A stretch of DNA of 64,000 nucleotides from Balanoglossus misakiensis (lineage: Eukaryota > Animalia > Hemichordata). The position numbers and the translations under genes are program-made. The stretch is from assembly GCA_040954595.2 (NCBI GenBank), contig CM082594.2, positions 11,288,276 to 11,352,275 on the forward strand, written 5' to 3'. Of this stretch, positions 13,320 through 26,260 are shown piece by piece (position 1 is the stretch's first letter; each line of letters begins with the position of its first letter). The notes beneath the pieces are model-generated. The model did not search any database. It saw only the letters and a list, made by a program, of their open reading frames with translations, and was not told the origin of the DNA.

Positions 13320-13480
13320 AATGAACATTGAGGACAGACTCTCCTCAAAGAAAATAAAGACTATCAGTGTTACGGGCAAGGTTGTTTGTTGGAAGCATTT
13401 GATGCATTGAAATGTAAGGGAGTTCTCAGTAATGAAATTCAGCAACTCTCTTTTAGAACATGTTGGTGTCGTTTTACAAT
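13320..13480 (+). pseudogene. Possible decayed death-effector-domain fragment
   Basis: Across frameshifts it reads IEDRLSSKKIKTI...LLEAFDALKCKGVLSNE...LLEHVG, resembling the DED pattern LF..LE..G.LS..N...L..LL..IG. Judged by eye only. Confidence 0.22.
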
Positions 13481-15762
13481 GGACGTTGTGAGATTCCAGA
13501 ACTTGAAATTCGGGCTTTGAAAGTGGCACACATCAGATAACAAACTCATCATCAACGCTTCCTCAATGTAGTCAACTTGATTGAAATTGTCATATTTTAT
13601 CGTAATGTATGTTAGCGAGTTTCCAAACCTGCACACATTTGAAGAACGCCCTCAAGGTGGAAAGGAGAAGAAATATCCAAGTGTGTATTTTTATGTATGT
13701 TGAAATGACAGCGACTCAGTGTACGCTGATAAAGGGGTCTACAGTAATAGCAGTTGTACAAATTGAAACCCGCGAATCAGTCTGCAACTTTGATTACATA
13801 CACCTTGGATGAAGGTGTCCACTCAACAACTGAAAATTTTATGCAATTGAATGTCTTGGTGTATATGTATACTGCAGCTCATGAGTGCACTCACTGTGCT
13901 GTTATTGTAAAAATGACCTCTGTCGGAATCACTTAACGGCTGAATTTTGATTTCATGCAATTGTGTCATCTCTACGGTTGACTGATAACACCATCAGTCA
14001 CGTCAGCGCTGCACTGTAGAAAATTTATACAAGGTGCGGTCTTTGATGAGCAGAATTCTGTCACTTATGGCAGTCAAAGATTCCACAGACCAAGGCAACA
14101 GTAATGTCTGACATCGCCCGCGAAAGTGCATCATACAATAAAACATTATGTTATTCATATTTCTTTCAGAACGAACTTGGGGTTTACATTGGTAGACGTG
14201 CCTCAACTACTAAAGATCATAATTTTAGGGAGTATGTTGCCTTATTGGATCAGCTAATCTATTTCATGTAAACCCCTCTTCTCCATTTTCGTCTTGCCAA
14301 TAAGTGGAGGGAGACAAAAAATGTGATATTGACGTTAGTGGCGCTATATATATTGACAGCTTTACAGCTGACGGGAGACGACGGCGATTGAAATACCTGA
14401 GCTGTGACTTTCTGCATAGTGAGTATGTGATCCTTAAAAAGCGAGGTGCCTGTGGCGGATTGTTATTATTTTCGCATTGTGGTTTTCAGATTATGTCTTT
14501 CTCTCAACTCAGTTGCAGCGATACGCTGGAATGCCTCAGAAAAGCCCTGCATATTTTCAAAGGAAAGATTACAAGTTCAAAGAAAGCAGTTTTTATTTCA
14601 TACAATTTGTCGCCACTGATAACGGTTAGAATTTCACCTCGGGAAAAATTACACCCAAGAGGAAAACATCCATGTGCATTATCACGTTCATGGTCGTCAT
14701 CCATCATGGGAGCGATGAAGAAACCAATTCCTCTCCAGAACTAAAATTGATAAATCAATCACTTCCTTAAAATAGTCTCTAAGAGTTCCCCATTCCATGT
14801 AAATATTAGAACAGATCTGAAAAGTAGACATGTGGGTCCGTTTTGTTTTCATTATTAAAGAAAACAGAGAGGGTGCCTATCAAGTATTTTATCCACCTAA
14901 ACCTACAGAGTCAATCTTTGGAAGTTTCGGGGAAAATGAAACAACACTTTGTTGTACTAGTTAATGTTTAACATCATTTCATGCGGTTTGGGCCAGACAA
15001 TTGTGGTGGATTGGAAAACGCAAAGGCCTATCATTGCAGTGTAATTTTACTGCAGATGCAGACTGTAAATGGGGTCATGCTGTGTACGTGACATTATTTT
15101 GAATAAGGTCAACAAATTAAAGTCACTTGAGAAGTTGTTGTCCCTATATTTTGACTGACGGTGAACCGAGTGTTGCGAGGCCACCCACTTAAGCTGTTAG
15201 GAATATGTATTTCCTCAACAATCTAACTATGTTCCACGAAATCATTGAAATGCAATTTGCAAGGCATATTGCGCAACTTAAATATGGAACCACGCCATTT
15301 AAAATACTGATACAGACACCGTGCTGTTTTGCGACAATGTACCATAATCTTCCACCTGCGCACAAGTAGTTATCGATACTCTTCTTCATTAATGGAAGCG
15401 CGCTATTACAAAAGGAACATTAGGTTTCAAGTTGCTTGCGTTGAATACTTCTGTTAAATTCCAAGAAATTTCATATTATTGGAAAATTTCATACTATTCG
15501 TCATAACTGATTAAGATATGGAGAATATACAATTTCGGATCGCTGTTTGATACTTTTTATGATCTTTTTGATAAATAAGTTATTACTTTTGTTGTTTGCG
15601 CATGTTAAAGTTACATTAGCTGCAAATGTTAGCATTATTTTCATTATTTTACTTAAATTACAACTAGCTCATATGGATGTACTTAATAAGGGTAGTTGCA
15701 AGTATTATTTATCACTGAGTGGCACTAGCAGCACAAGCTTGAACAAAATAAACAGGTGTAAC

Positions 15763-15824
15763 ACTCAAATATGGCCGCTTCCATGGAGACGATACTCAAA
15801 TATGGCCGCCTCCTTGGAGACGAT
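15763..15824 (+). repeat. Tandem duplication of a 31-bp unit
   Basis: actcaaatatggccgcttccatggagacgat followed by actcaaatatggccgcctccttggagacgat (2 mismatches). Confidence 0.9.
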
Positions 15825-18800
15825 GGCTGTAGACAATAATGCTTATCTAACATTCATGGATTAGGAAAAACAGGCAAATTCAGAGGGATGGTTGGGGGCG
15901 GGAAGAGATCACGTCCTAAACCGACAGGAAATATAAATCTTTAAGTGCAACCGTCCCAGGCGGATCTGTGTTGCGTACGTTTATGTTGCCAATCTAGTGT
16001 TATATCACACCCTTGCGTCACAGGTCAGAGAAAGGTCTTTAAAACATATAGATTGGAACAGTTACGCAAATACAAACTGTTGTTTGAAGCTTACTGTTGG
16101 AGCAAAAGTCTTTATGAGTAATGCTGCATGTTTCATCAAAGTATATAGGACTTCCTGCCTTCTCTGAGATGGTTCTCTTTTATATTTGTGGATTTCCTTT
16201 AGAATTATAAACATCATTCTCTTTGAGATTATTGGTGTCACATTTTGAATTTAAAAACAACCCTCCAGATATTGTATTTTTATCTTCACTTTTCAGATAC
16301 AATAATACCGCCGGTTACCACTATGAAAATGTTTGGAAAACACTTAAGAATTTTCATCTTCAGTCACCTTGACTGCCTCTCGGATTTATTTCAAACAACA
16401 GATAAGAAACAAATGTAAATTTGACTTATCAAATATGCATGTGGGTATTGAAATATAACAGTGGAACTGTTTTCAGGGCAGATGTACGGTATCATTCTGT
16501 GCCCGAATGAAAACAATATCTCGGACAATCTTGTGACTAGAGTATTGCGACGCTACTCTTGAAGTCACTGGGAATAAATCAACTGTCACGGACATCGGAT
16601 TAAGCAAGGACTCAAAAAATTATTTCCGAATGCGTAGTCACCATCAATGCATCAATTTATATTTGATGACTTTCCCATTACGGCCACTTTTAATGTAATG
16701 TAAGCTGACCAAGTGAACATATAAATCACAATTTCGATCCAGGTTCCCAGTAAATCAATTACCACCTCGTGTTTTATGTACTTCGCGGGTCATTTGCGAT
16801 GCTGGCTTGGCAAAATTCAGATTTCAGCGTTGTTGAGTCTAAATAGCAATACTTTTGTGATTGCGTAGGTAAGGTTTCCATTACTATCCACAATTCCCCT
16901 GAGAGATAGTCATGCCCTATTTTAGAACAACGTGCTCTCATACAAAGCAGGAACCAAACATTTACAAACGAATGCGAGAACATATCTCAGATTAGACTAT
17001 GTAATTTGTCCCAAACAAAGAATTAAATAAATGTTTTTGTTTTTAAAAAAAAGCCTAACTATACACACAACGAAAAAGGCCAATAGAAAAGGACAGTGAA
17101 TAGAGAAGGGAAGAAAGGATGGAGTAAAAACCCCAGGGAAACCAAAATTGACTGGTAGAAATACGATGTAGTCATAAAATGCATTTCGTTATCATCACTG
17201 CTCAAACTGCCTGTCATATACCTCTACGATTTTATCGTTTGACATATACAATAAAATTTTATATCCGGTGTCTCGTTCAATGAGGGTCTCGTAACAGACT
17301 CCGTTTTGCAAACGTAGATGCTATGACTTTCCATTGGGAGATCTTCACCATCTGCAAGTCAAATTAATGGCATTGTCGCGTATCCTCAAAAGAACTGGGT
17401 TATTGGCATACATTGAGCCCTTAAACACTCAACAACTACTCTTGTTAATAGTCTTAAATCGTGACTAAATGCTTAAATTACTATGTCACAATTATATGTA
17501 GGCTGTATGTACTGTAAGACTTATGAGTGACACCTGAAAGTTGACCATGTACAACCGATCAGGGATTTCGTCATTAACATTTAGGCTGAAGTCATGATAT
17601 TAGTAGTAGCTAGAGATATGTGGGATATGTCAACATATATTCCATTCCCTGTGACGTGTGGGTAAATAGGAACTGCCCGACAATGTGGCCTGTACAGCTA
17701 TGGATCCAAAATATGAGATCTATGAACTATAGAAAGCAGATTAGTAATCAGGACATCCCCGAGGTGGTATAATCCTGTCTGTGTATATTCACTTGTCAAT
17801 GCCTGCAGCTATTTTCGCAAAGAATGTTTCAAAAAAACGTTTTTATAGGGAACCATGTGCTGGAATTCTATGATAGAATTTCAGCGATAACCAAAAGGCA
17901 AGTATTTCTGTTGTTTGTGTTTTTTGATAAGAATTTGTGGAGAAAAAACAGCCAGCCTTCCATTCATATGTATACACCTTAGAGCTAGAACAGGATTTTC
18001 AATTCATTTGAAACATTTTCACAAAAGTACTTTCCAGAAAACACCGAACAACCGACCGTTGTTTAGGATTTATGTTCAAAATCCCTGTGTAATCATAGTT
18101 TGAGACTCCAACGGTAATAGCCCACGAGTTTCAGCAGAAACATTGGAACAATATTTCCTTTGGATCAACTGATGATTTCGTTCAAGATTTACAGCAACCT
18201 AACTAAGTCATTAAATATTGACTTTTATTGAGCCTTTGATGGTTAAAATTGCCTCGACCTCGTGTACAGAGATCACCGCACTTTGTTCAAATTTGTCCTC
18301 CTGTGGTGATTTAATCACGAAAAATCATTCACGCGTGCCTATGTCCGATGCCAGTTCTACCAAGATCACAGTTAATGCATTTACATTTGTCTTTACCTGG
18401 CGTGAAAGGTTTTTACACACTCAGCATTTATCCACAACACTTTCGAAAGCTGTCAGCTAATATGCTTAAAACAATGTCTTCATGTCAATACAAACATTTA
18501 CATTTGTTTATTTTGAGCAATGCTAAACCCTTCTAATTATATGACATTGAACTTGAGGTTGTTCTGTACCTGAAAGTCAAAATTTGAATATTACACCATG
18601 ACGATACTGTACTGAAACATTCTGTGAAGCAATTTAGAAATGTGCCAACCCTTCGTTGAATGTTACTCCTGGTTTTCGTTTTATTATCAGTCATTCCACT
18701 TCCTTTAACCATCGCCGTTCATTGTGCAAACTACAAAATTAGACGACAAAGTCTGTTCAATCTGTGGGAGAATTGAGAACACCTCAACAAGCTCAGAATT

Positions 18801-20323
18801 TCATTTCGAGCGGCCGTTGAAATCGTTGTCCGTCAGGGGAGTTCTTGGTTAAAGATTCGGTAGAAATCATGAAGGACTATGGTAAAGAAAGTTTCTAGCA
18901 GGAGATTAGATACAGCCCATGTACCGGCGATTCCTTCATGTTCTTGATGGCCTTCCCATCAATTATTCATCCCCTGATAAGTTCCATGGATAATTTCTTA
19001 CAAGCATGTTGTATTTCCTTATCAACCCTCTATCTCCGCGCTGTTGTAGTAAATGGCTTTACTTTGAGCTCCCCCCCTCCAGGGAACAAACAAAAGCGCT
19101 GACGAAGTCATCCTATTTACACGTTTCAGAAGTTAGGCGAAGAAAAGATCAGAAAGACTACAGCGTTTGTTGTGAGGGCGTATTTGCCATGGTCACTAAT
19201 GTTACTTCATAAAACAACTTTTCACCTCTTGGCGATAAGACAACATATTGAGACAAAGACAATCAATGCTATGACGTATTTAACTAATTCAACTTTCCAC
19301 ATGAAATTTATGCCATGATTATAATTATTACATCAATTTTTGATATGTCATATTACTTTTTCAAAGGTTTAATATAGTCAATTTCCTTATGCTGATAATG
19401 CAGTAAAGTATGATGGGATTTATACTGTGGAAATGTTTCTGTTTTGACAACTGCCACTGAGCAGAGTGGGAATTTTTCATTCTTTCATCCCGTAGTCTTT
19501 TGACGTTTAACATGCCAGAAAGTCATACGTGATTCTCACTAATATACGCTCTTCGCAAGTTTACATTGGAAGTTTTACTTAGTTCAGTCGTTTCTCAGAG
19601 TTAAAATTTACGTTTGAAACTATTCCTCTCGTATGTCTCACTAAAATTGCCTATCTCGCTGCAATACACAAATTTTGTGAGCATGATTTCGCGAAGAGGT
19701 ACCGGCCTTTACTGGACTTCCTCCCTTCAGTGCTTGTTGTATTTCGTAATCGGATTTCTGATAAATTGACACTTCCTCCCAAATGTAAGGGTATAATTAC
19801 TAATCTATTATGGACTCGCCACTAGTAAGACGAACACGCGATCTAAATTTCGAAAGTTAGAAGAAGAGGATTTACCAGCACCTGCCCTGTGATAGGTGTT
19901 AAATTTTGCATGACTCAGAACGGGTGCCGAATAAACAAGTTATCTGATTTGGACACGTTGCAGTAGTTGCCATGGTTACTTTGCAAGGAAATGTAAGCCT
20001 TCAGTTAAGGCAAAACGTTACAGTGGGACAGACTATCTGAAACCTGCAAATCCTTCAAATCTTTACAATCTTTGTATTTATGATCATCTTTTACAAATTA
20101 TTTAATTTAAATTCTGACAATTCTGACTGAGTTAATACAGAAGAGCGCTCATTAATAGGAAATCAACCGTTGCCGGTCGTAACCATATTACAATTACTAC
20201 CATATGAACATAGTGTTAAGCTTTGAAAAAATTAGCAACCATGTATGCTATGATTGGATATTCTTAACCCCTTCACCCCACTTACCTGTTGACAGGTCCA
20301 GCACCGCCACAGAAAACAGCATA

Positions 20324-20513
20324 GTGTAAAACGGGAAATTTTCGTAGACAAGAATTTTTCGCAAACTTTGCGAGAGGCAAAAAAACGCGAAAATAAAAAG
20401 TTGCATAAAATTGCTTTTCAGAGATACAAGAACGTGAAAATTAATTTTCGCGTAACAGCTGCCTCCTTTGACATCACGAAAATTCCCTGTCGCGAATATT
20501 TCCCGTTTTACGG
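20324..20513. mobile_element. Tc1/mariner-type MITE with TA target duplication
   Basis: TA|gtGTAAAACGGGAAAT ... ATTTCCCGTTTTACgg|TA inverted termini, internal CGCGAAA-like repeats, about 190 bp. Confidence 0.75.
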
Positions 20514-20614
20514 TAGTTGGAGCAATCAATGGGTGTGACAGGGTAGAGCCTAAAATGTTGTTTGAATAGAAACAAGGATAAATGCACATGTGACATGAAG
20601 AACAAAGCGGGTTA

Positions 20615-20752
20615 CTAGAAACCTCTATATAGTGGTCACCTCTATACAGTCCCACTTTGTTACAGTCATGTGTGTTAATTAACCTAGCCACCTGTCTATA
20701 AAGGCCAGTTTAGGAAAGTCCCTTGATTGGCCTCTATAGACAGGTTCGACAT
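20615..20752. mobile_element. Degenerate pogo/Tigger-like MITE fragment
   Basis: Repeated ACCT(G)TCTATA motifs. The right end reverse complement GTCGAACCTGTCTATAGAGGCC imperfectly matches the left end AGAAACCTCTATATAGTGGTC. Confidence 0.45.
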
Positions 20753-21439
20753 AGGATAAAACGATGAAGCACTTACTTAAAGCACAGTTCATCGAGACTC
20801 TAAACTTGTTCTTGGAACTTCTATGAAACTGCTCTGCCATTTGAAGCCTCGGTCGGTACACTACCCGACATACGTTTGGTTCGCCTTCATCGGTCAATTT
20901 TCACATTCAAGTCTAGAAGGATATCAACAGATTCATGATTACTTGAAAGTTTTAATGACACATTGAATTTACAAATGTAAAGAAGAGTCATCCATGTAAA
21001 TAAACATTTCCAACCATTCTATAGCCTTAAAACTGTGTTTTTGATTAATTCTCAATTATATAGATTGACGATCTGATTGTATTGACACACCATTTTTCAA
21101 ATGAAGCAGTAGTCAACTCAGTCATGTAAAATAGAAAGTAAATAAAACGTGTCGGAATGCATTTATTGATCCATTTCTAACAGGGTACTTGAGAAAGAAA
21201 ATCTGTTTATGAAACTCCCGGACAAACCATCGCAACGACAACTGTCATAGCGTACGGTCATTCAAACACCGACGCCTCCGGTAAAATAACTTTTCTATTT
21301 CATATTTCAGCACTATTTCAATTCCCACCAATTCAACCGCGATATTAATGCACATTTCTGGTCACAAGGTGATGAAAAAGAGCAGCTGCGTCTCTCACCG
21401 AGAAACCTGCCTGCACATTTCCGTAACAGGATCGCGTTT

Positions 21440-21608
21440 CGCCTCATTAAATATGCAAACTTTTCGTTCAGAGCCTCCGCCTCATTTGCATACTTGATTC
21501 ATCAGCAAGTGTATATAAACACGTGTAGACGGCGATAACTTTCAAAGATCAGAAGACGCTGCGAAGGAGAAACATCCTTGTACGGGTTCAGATACATATA
21601 GACATCCG
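21440..21608 (+). promoter_or_regulatory. Promoter and non-coding first exon (about 21543-21608) of peptide-EF-hand gene 3
   Basis: TATATAAA at 21512-21519, perfect octamer ATTTGCAT at 21484-21491, POU4-like CTCATTAAATATGCA at 21443-21457. Strong donor CCG|gtgagt at 21609, with a matching acceptor gttttacag| at 24119 just upstream of the ATG. The linkage is inferred. Confidence 0.6.
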
Positions 21609-24155
21609 GTGAGTGGATCTTTACTATTTTCAATCTTTTTCACATTCAATATATTCAGGCAAGAATTCCATTACTTGAACTCGTGCAATCTCAAGTTTTC
21701 ACTGGGTATAATTCGGTCTAAAGCAAAGTTTCACAAATCAATTTGTCACAGTCAGGTGACAAGGAGCGTTGATGACATCTACAGCTGCAGAATGTTTTAT
21801 GAAATCAATTTTTTGTGACTGTAAGTATGTTATGGGGAAACATACAAACGACCTGAAAAATAAAATTAGGCTGCATTGCCTGCACAGTTGATACCTGTTT
21901 GTGAAAATCGACACTCGGACACAAATGGAAGTTAATGACAAGCAACTTCTCCTTTGTGGTGATTAGGTTTGCATTTGCCCAGTGTTCGATGACAGGACAT
22001 ACTGCGGTTGTCAGCAAGGGGCGGTTGTGGGTCCTATAGCACTTAAGCTGTGCAGTGTCACTTTAGCTATACTCTTTCCTTATCCCAAAGAGAAGCCCAC
22101 TTAAAATAATCATATCAAGTTATAGTTGATTTTAGTAGTTTTAATGACACTTTTGTGGTGAAGGACTGTTTCTTCCCAAATCCCAAGTTCTTTTCCGTCA
22201 ACATTGCCTGAGATTTTCAGACTTATTCTAGGCATTATTAACATTTTAGCCCACACTCCTACCACTTTTGAACTTGGAAGCCCTGCATCTACGAGACTGT
22301 TGGGAGGTAACTTTTAACTAGCCCTGGTTTATTTGCATTTGAAGAAATGACTGTGTTTTTAGACAGACAAGGGACAGCGACTAGTTTACTTTGTACTTCA
22401 CCTATTAAGTTTTAACATCACCCGAGGGGATGTCTATCAAATGATTCCCAGTTTGCTGTTGCCAACAGCTATCAATAAAGAATCGTATATACAGACCCAG
22501 GTTGGGAATTCTGGGCATTACGAACAGAAAACGATTACAATCATATATGGCACAACGTAGCATAAGCAATATTACAATTCTGTTAGCACACAGACCAAGC
22601 ATCTGTCACAACATCTGGACAACAATGTTTTGAAAGCAATTATTTGTGCACATGTCAGTTTACTCGACGCATGGGCATTCGACATGACAACAGAATTAAG
22701 ACTTAAAGCTCATAATTCTTATTTTGCGTCATGGGAATGCTGAATAGTTTTTAAAAGATATATATCATATCAAACTATCCATAAATCATGGTTCAATTTT
22801 TTCATTTTCATGTAGAGGTGAACAAAAGATATTGGATCTTACTTCCATCTTAATACACTAAGTGGTCACGCAAGCCCAATAAAGCGGCTTAATACAACTA
22901 TGGAATTATGATTTGGGGAAAATTAATTTCATATTTTTCTTTAAAAAAAGATTAACTATAGCCAGATTGGACAGGTAGACCAAACCTGCAAATTCAGCTA
23001 GACACTTCTATGAAATCTATTGTCAATATTCCATGTGAATCTGAGAATGTACCGGTTCAGTGTATGAAAGCACACGCGTGATGATGAATTTAGCAAATAT
23101 CCCTGTCGGAAAATTATTTAAATATGTCACATACTGAGGAGAATCACTTATTTCAGCTTTATTTCTTATCATTCACCCTTCTGCATTTATTCAAATTATT
23201 ACTGAAAGTTACTAATGATGTGAATAACAAAGTGAAATTTCTGCAGGCTTATGTAAATGAGATGTGAATGTTTTCCTTTACATTAGACGATTACCAATGT
23301 GAAAACTGCAGAGCTATGAATGTTAAGCGCGATTGACCATGGTCACTAAAGTGTAACTGAGAGATCGAGACTGTAGAAATTATTCTAGATCCACCAACGA
23401 GTCAGCACCAACTTCATAGGTGCTGTAAAAAGTTAGTGTAGACTGTGGCACACTCTGTTGATTTATTGCCTTTATCATATCTGGCCCGTTCTTCCGCAGT
23501 GGTCTCAGGATTATCACACAAGAGTGACTCCAGGAATGCACTTAGTGATCAATGTAGCATTGCCTCACGTCGAAATTTCTTTCAGATATCACCTTCAACA
23601 TGTTCCGAATGAATAGTCGCAGGCGACAAAGTGCCATTAAAGTGTATTTGGCCACTTGCTAAAACACGGTTTTAATGGCGATCGTGACCAGAAAAACATC
23701 CCTGTCGCCGGTTTGTCAAGATACAAATCACTGTGCGGCTTGCCAGCAATTTATTTACTGCATTGACATCAGGTTTTGAAACAGTCTCCCTTTGAAATCC
23801 ATGTCTAGTCTCATATTTTATAATTCTACGGTCTAGAATAAACCGTCATGTTAGGGTCTCAACAAAATAAGACTCGAAGACAGTGAGTGAGCACACCTCC
23901 CTTGTGGGTGTGATGGTACGATATACAATCAATAACATGTTACATTAAGAACTCTTTGAAGAATACACTTTACAGATATTGCAAGCAGATACATCGCGGT
24001 GAGCCGTGAGTTGAAATTCAACTGATGAACACGAATAGGTGCTCGCATAATTCAGAGACATCGCACATTTGTACAAAGTAGTAAATTGATCGTTCGTGTA
24101 TTTATCTCGTGTTTTACAGAGTCAAAAGAACAGACATATCTCAGACAGAAACACG

Positions 24156-26260
24156 ATGGAAGGACTTACTAAAGTCGCAGGTGAGTAAATAAAGAAGAAA
24201 AAAGCTATAACCTTTTAATTTGCACTTTCGCCATGATCATTTTAGTCTGGCGACGTGCGTTAAATCTGTGAGTAATGCATCTGATATGTATACTATTGGA
24301 TTGAAAGCACCGTGAATGACAGAATATTCTACATACATGTATGTCTTATGTATTGGATGGCTTGCTTTCCAGTGGTCTTGGAAATTTCCAACGAAACGAC
24401 TGAATATCAGATTCCGAGTACAGTAAATTGTATCTTCTAAGAAATTTAAAGAATCGTATTTCCCGAAATACTGATCACAGAACGGAGACAAAATCCCTTT
24501 GAAACAGTTGAAATTACGTCTTATCGCTGTTTCTCGTAGATTTCAAATTTTCAATTTGTTTTTATAGATTCATATGTACATCAGTAGATGTGACGAGTGA
24601 AAATCGATCCTGTATTGATAAATATGATAAGAAATGCAATTATTTTCTGCGACTGCCGCTGGTAACATATTGTCCGGTTTTTATTTCTCTCGATGTTGGC
24701 AATACTTTTCTTATCAGATGTAACAAATAACTTGCGATGCACAATATACCGTTTTCCTAATAATGATGACGTAGCTCTTTTGAAAGGAAGGAGATACAGG
24801 AGAAATTGATCAATCATATCTTTCCCCTGGATGGTGGATTCATTGTTGGATCTAGATTGGTCTAGCATAATGGGATTTTGAGGTGCTACCGGGTGAATAC
24901 ATAAAGATAAAATTGATATGATTTCTTTTCACATCTACAATATGCTGTTTTGGTGTCGGGGGAATGCGTCACAGCTAGATGAAATGCTTTTGAACGTAGG
25001 GAAGTAATACCCACAAGTCACATGGAAACACTACTTCATCGCTCGTGTATTTGTTTGTTTCGTAGTTGGAGGCACTACAGCTACTACCACAAAAACTTGC
25101 GATAATAATCGTTGTCGTTTCGAAACGCCAATCATGGCAGTGCATGGCAAAGTAAGACCTGAAACTTATGCACTGATGAAGCAGGACTGTTCATCCGAAC
25201 CAAAACAAACTCCTGCACAATGCAACTTACCGTACTCTTTGTTTCTTCACAGGTCTGCTCCTGGTTACGTCACTTGTACTCTTTCAAGTCACAGAGTCTC
25301 TTCGTATGAACCCAAAGCTTCAATTCCACCCTATGCAAGGCAAACGAATGGAAACAGATGATGTCATCACATTCAGTGACCTCGACAAGGATAGAGATGG
25401 GGTGGTCAGCATTTCCGATCTCAAGAAGGTGATAGAGTACCTGGTAGACGCTGACCTGGATGGTAAGTCATCCAAAAGTTCAAACTCGGAAAAGAAACTT
25501 AGTTCTTTTAATGTATACTTAGAAGGAATTAAAATGTAGAAGGGCTTACATGAGTGTCTTGGTTCAAAACTAAATGGGTGGAATGTTATGTAAGTTTGTA
25601 TTTTCCTGGATGAACTCACAACTGGCATGTATCATACATTCACATCGCGTTAGTCACCAAAATATAATCACAATGTCATTCAGAAGAGCTATCACAATTG
25701 CCTTATGGCGTTGAGTTCAAGTCAAGAGAGATACAGAATAAATCCCCTTGCAGTTGAGTAAAACTAGGAAATATACTGATAAACTGACAGATACTATCTT
25801 GGGAGCTGAATCAACGATAAATCATTGAGGACTTTATTTGCTAGGTCCCACTTGCCGTAAATTGCCTATACCTTCGAGAGCGCCACTCTGAACAAAAGGT
25901 CAGAGATCACACTTCCATACTCCATGGTCTCTTCAACTTTTCACAGTATAAATGCAAGAATGTCATCAAGGGTATAACATCAATGAAATATTTATCTCTG
26001 CAATAAGTAACCTCACGCACCACCTACTGCAGTTTGTAGCATACAGTTTCTACACGTTATTTCACTCAATTTCTACACTTGAACTGTAATTTGTACAATA
26101 CAAAACAAAATGGCAAAGTGTATTTTTGATAATCACAGCGGATAGAGAGCACTGAACTTGTTTTCCACCCTCCCCAAATTCTTCTAAACGATTATCCTAT
26201 TTTTTTAAAGGTGATGGAGAGGTGACTGTGAAGGAATGGAGTGGTGTCGACTCCTGGTGA
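24156..26260 (+). CDS. Secreted amidated-peptide/EF-hand precursor 3 (94 aa); coding exons 24156-24180, 25253-25462, 26211-26260
   Basis: Phase-1 GT-AG introns (G|gtgagt...tttcttcacag|GT and G|gtaagt...tttttttaaag|GT). Spliced ORF: MEGLTKVAGLLLVTSLVLFQVTES-LRMNPKLQFHPMQ-GKR-METDDVITFSDL-DKDRDGVVSISD-LKKVIEYLVDA-DLDGDGEVTVKE-WSGVDSW*. Confidence 0.88.

Noticed and set aside
14304-14744. 146-aa ORF
   Set aside because: GTG start, no motif, no convincing exon context.
17900-19200. Coding-like stretch, possibly an old retroelement
   Set aside because: Stops in all frames examined and no RT, endonuclease or transposase motif could be identified.
20248-20691. 147-aa minus-strand ORF
   Set aside because: It runs through two MITEs and is a chance ORF.
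1517-26260. Calling the three genes calmodulin, nucleobindin or CREC-family members
   Set aside because: They are too short, have only two loops with non-canonical spacing, carry a cleavable N-terminal peptide and lack an ER-retention signal.
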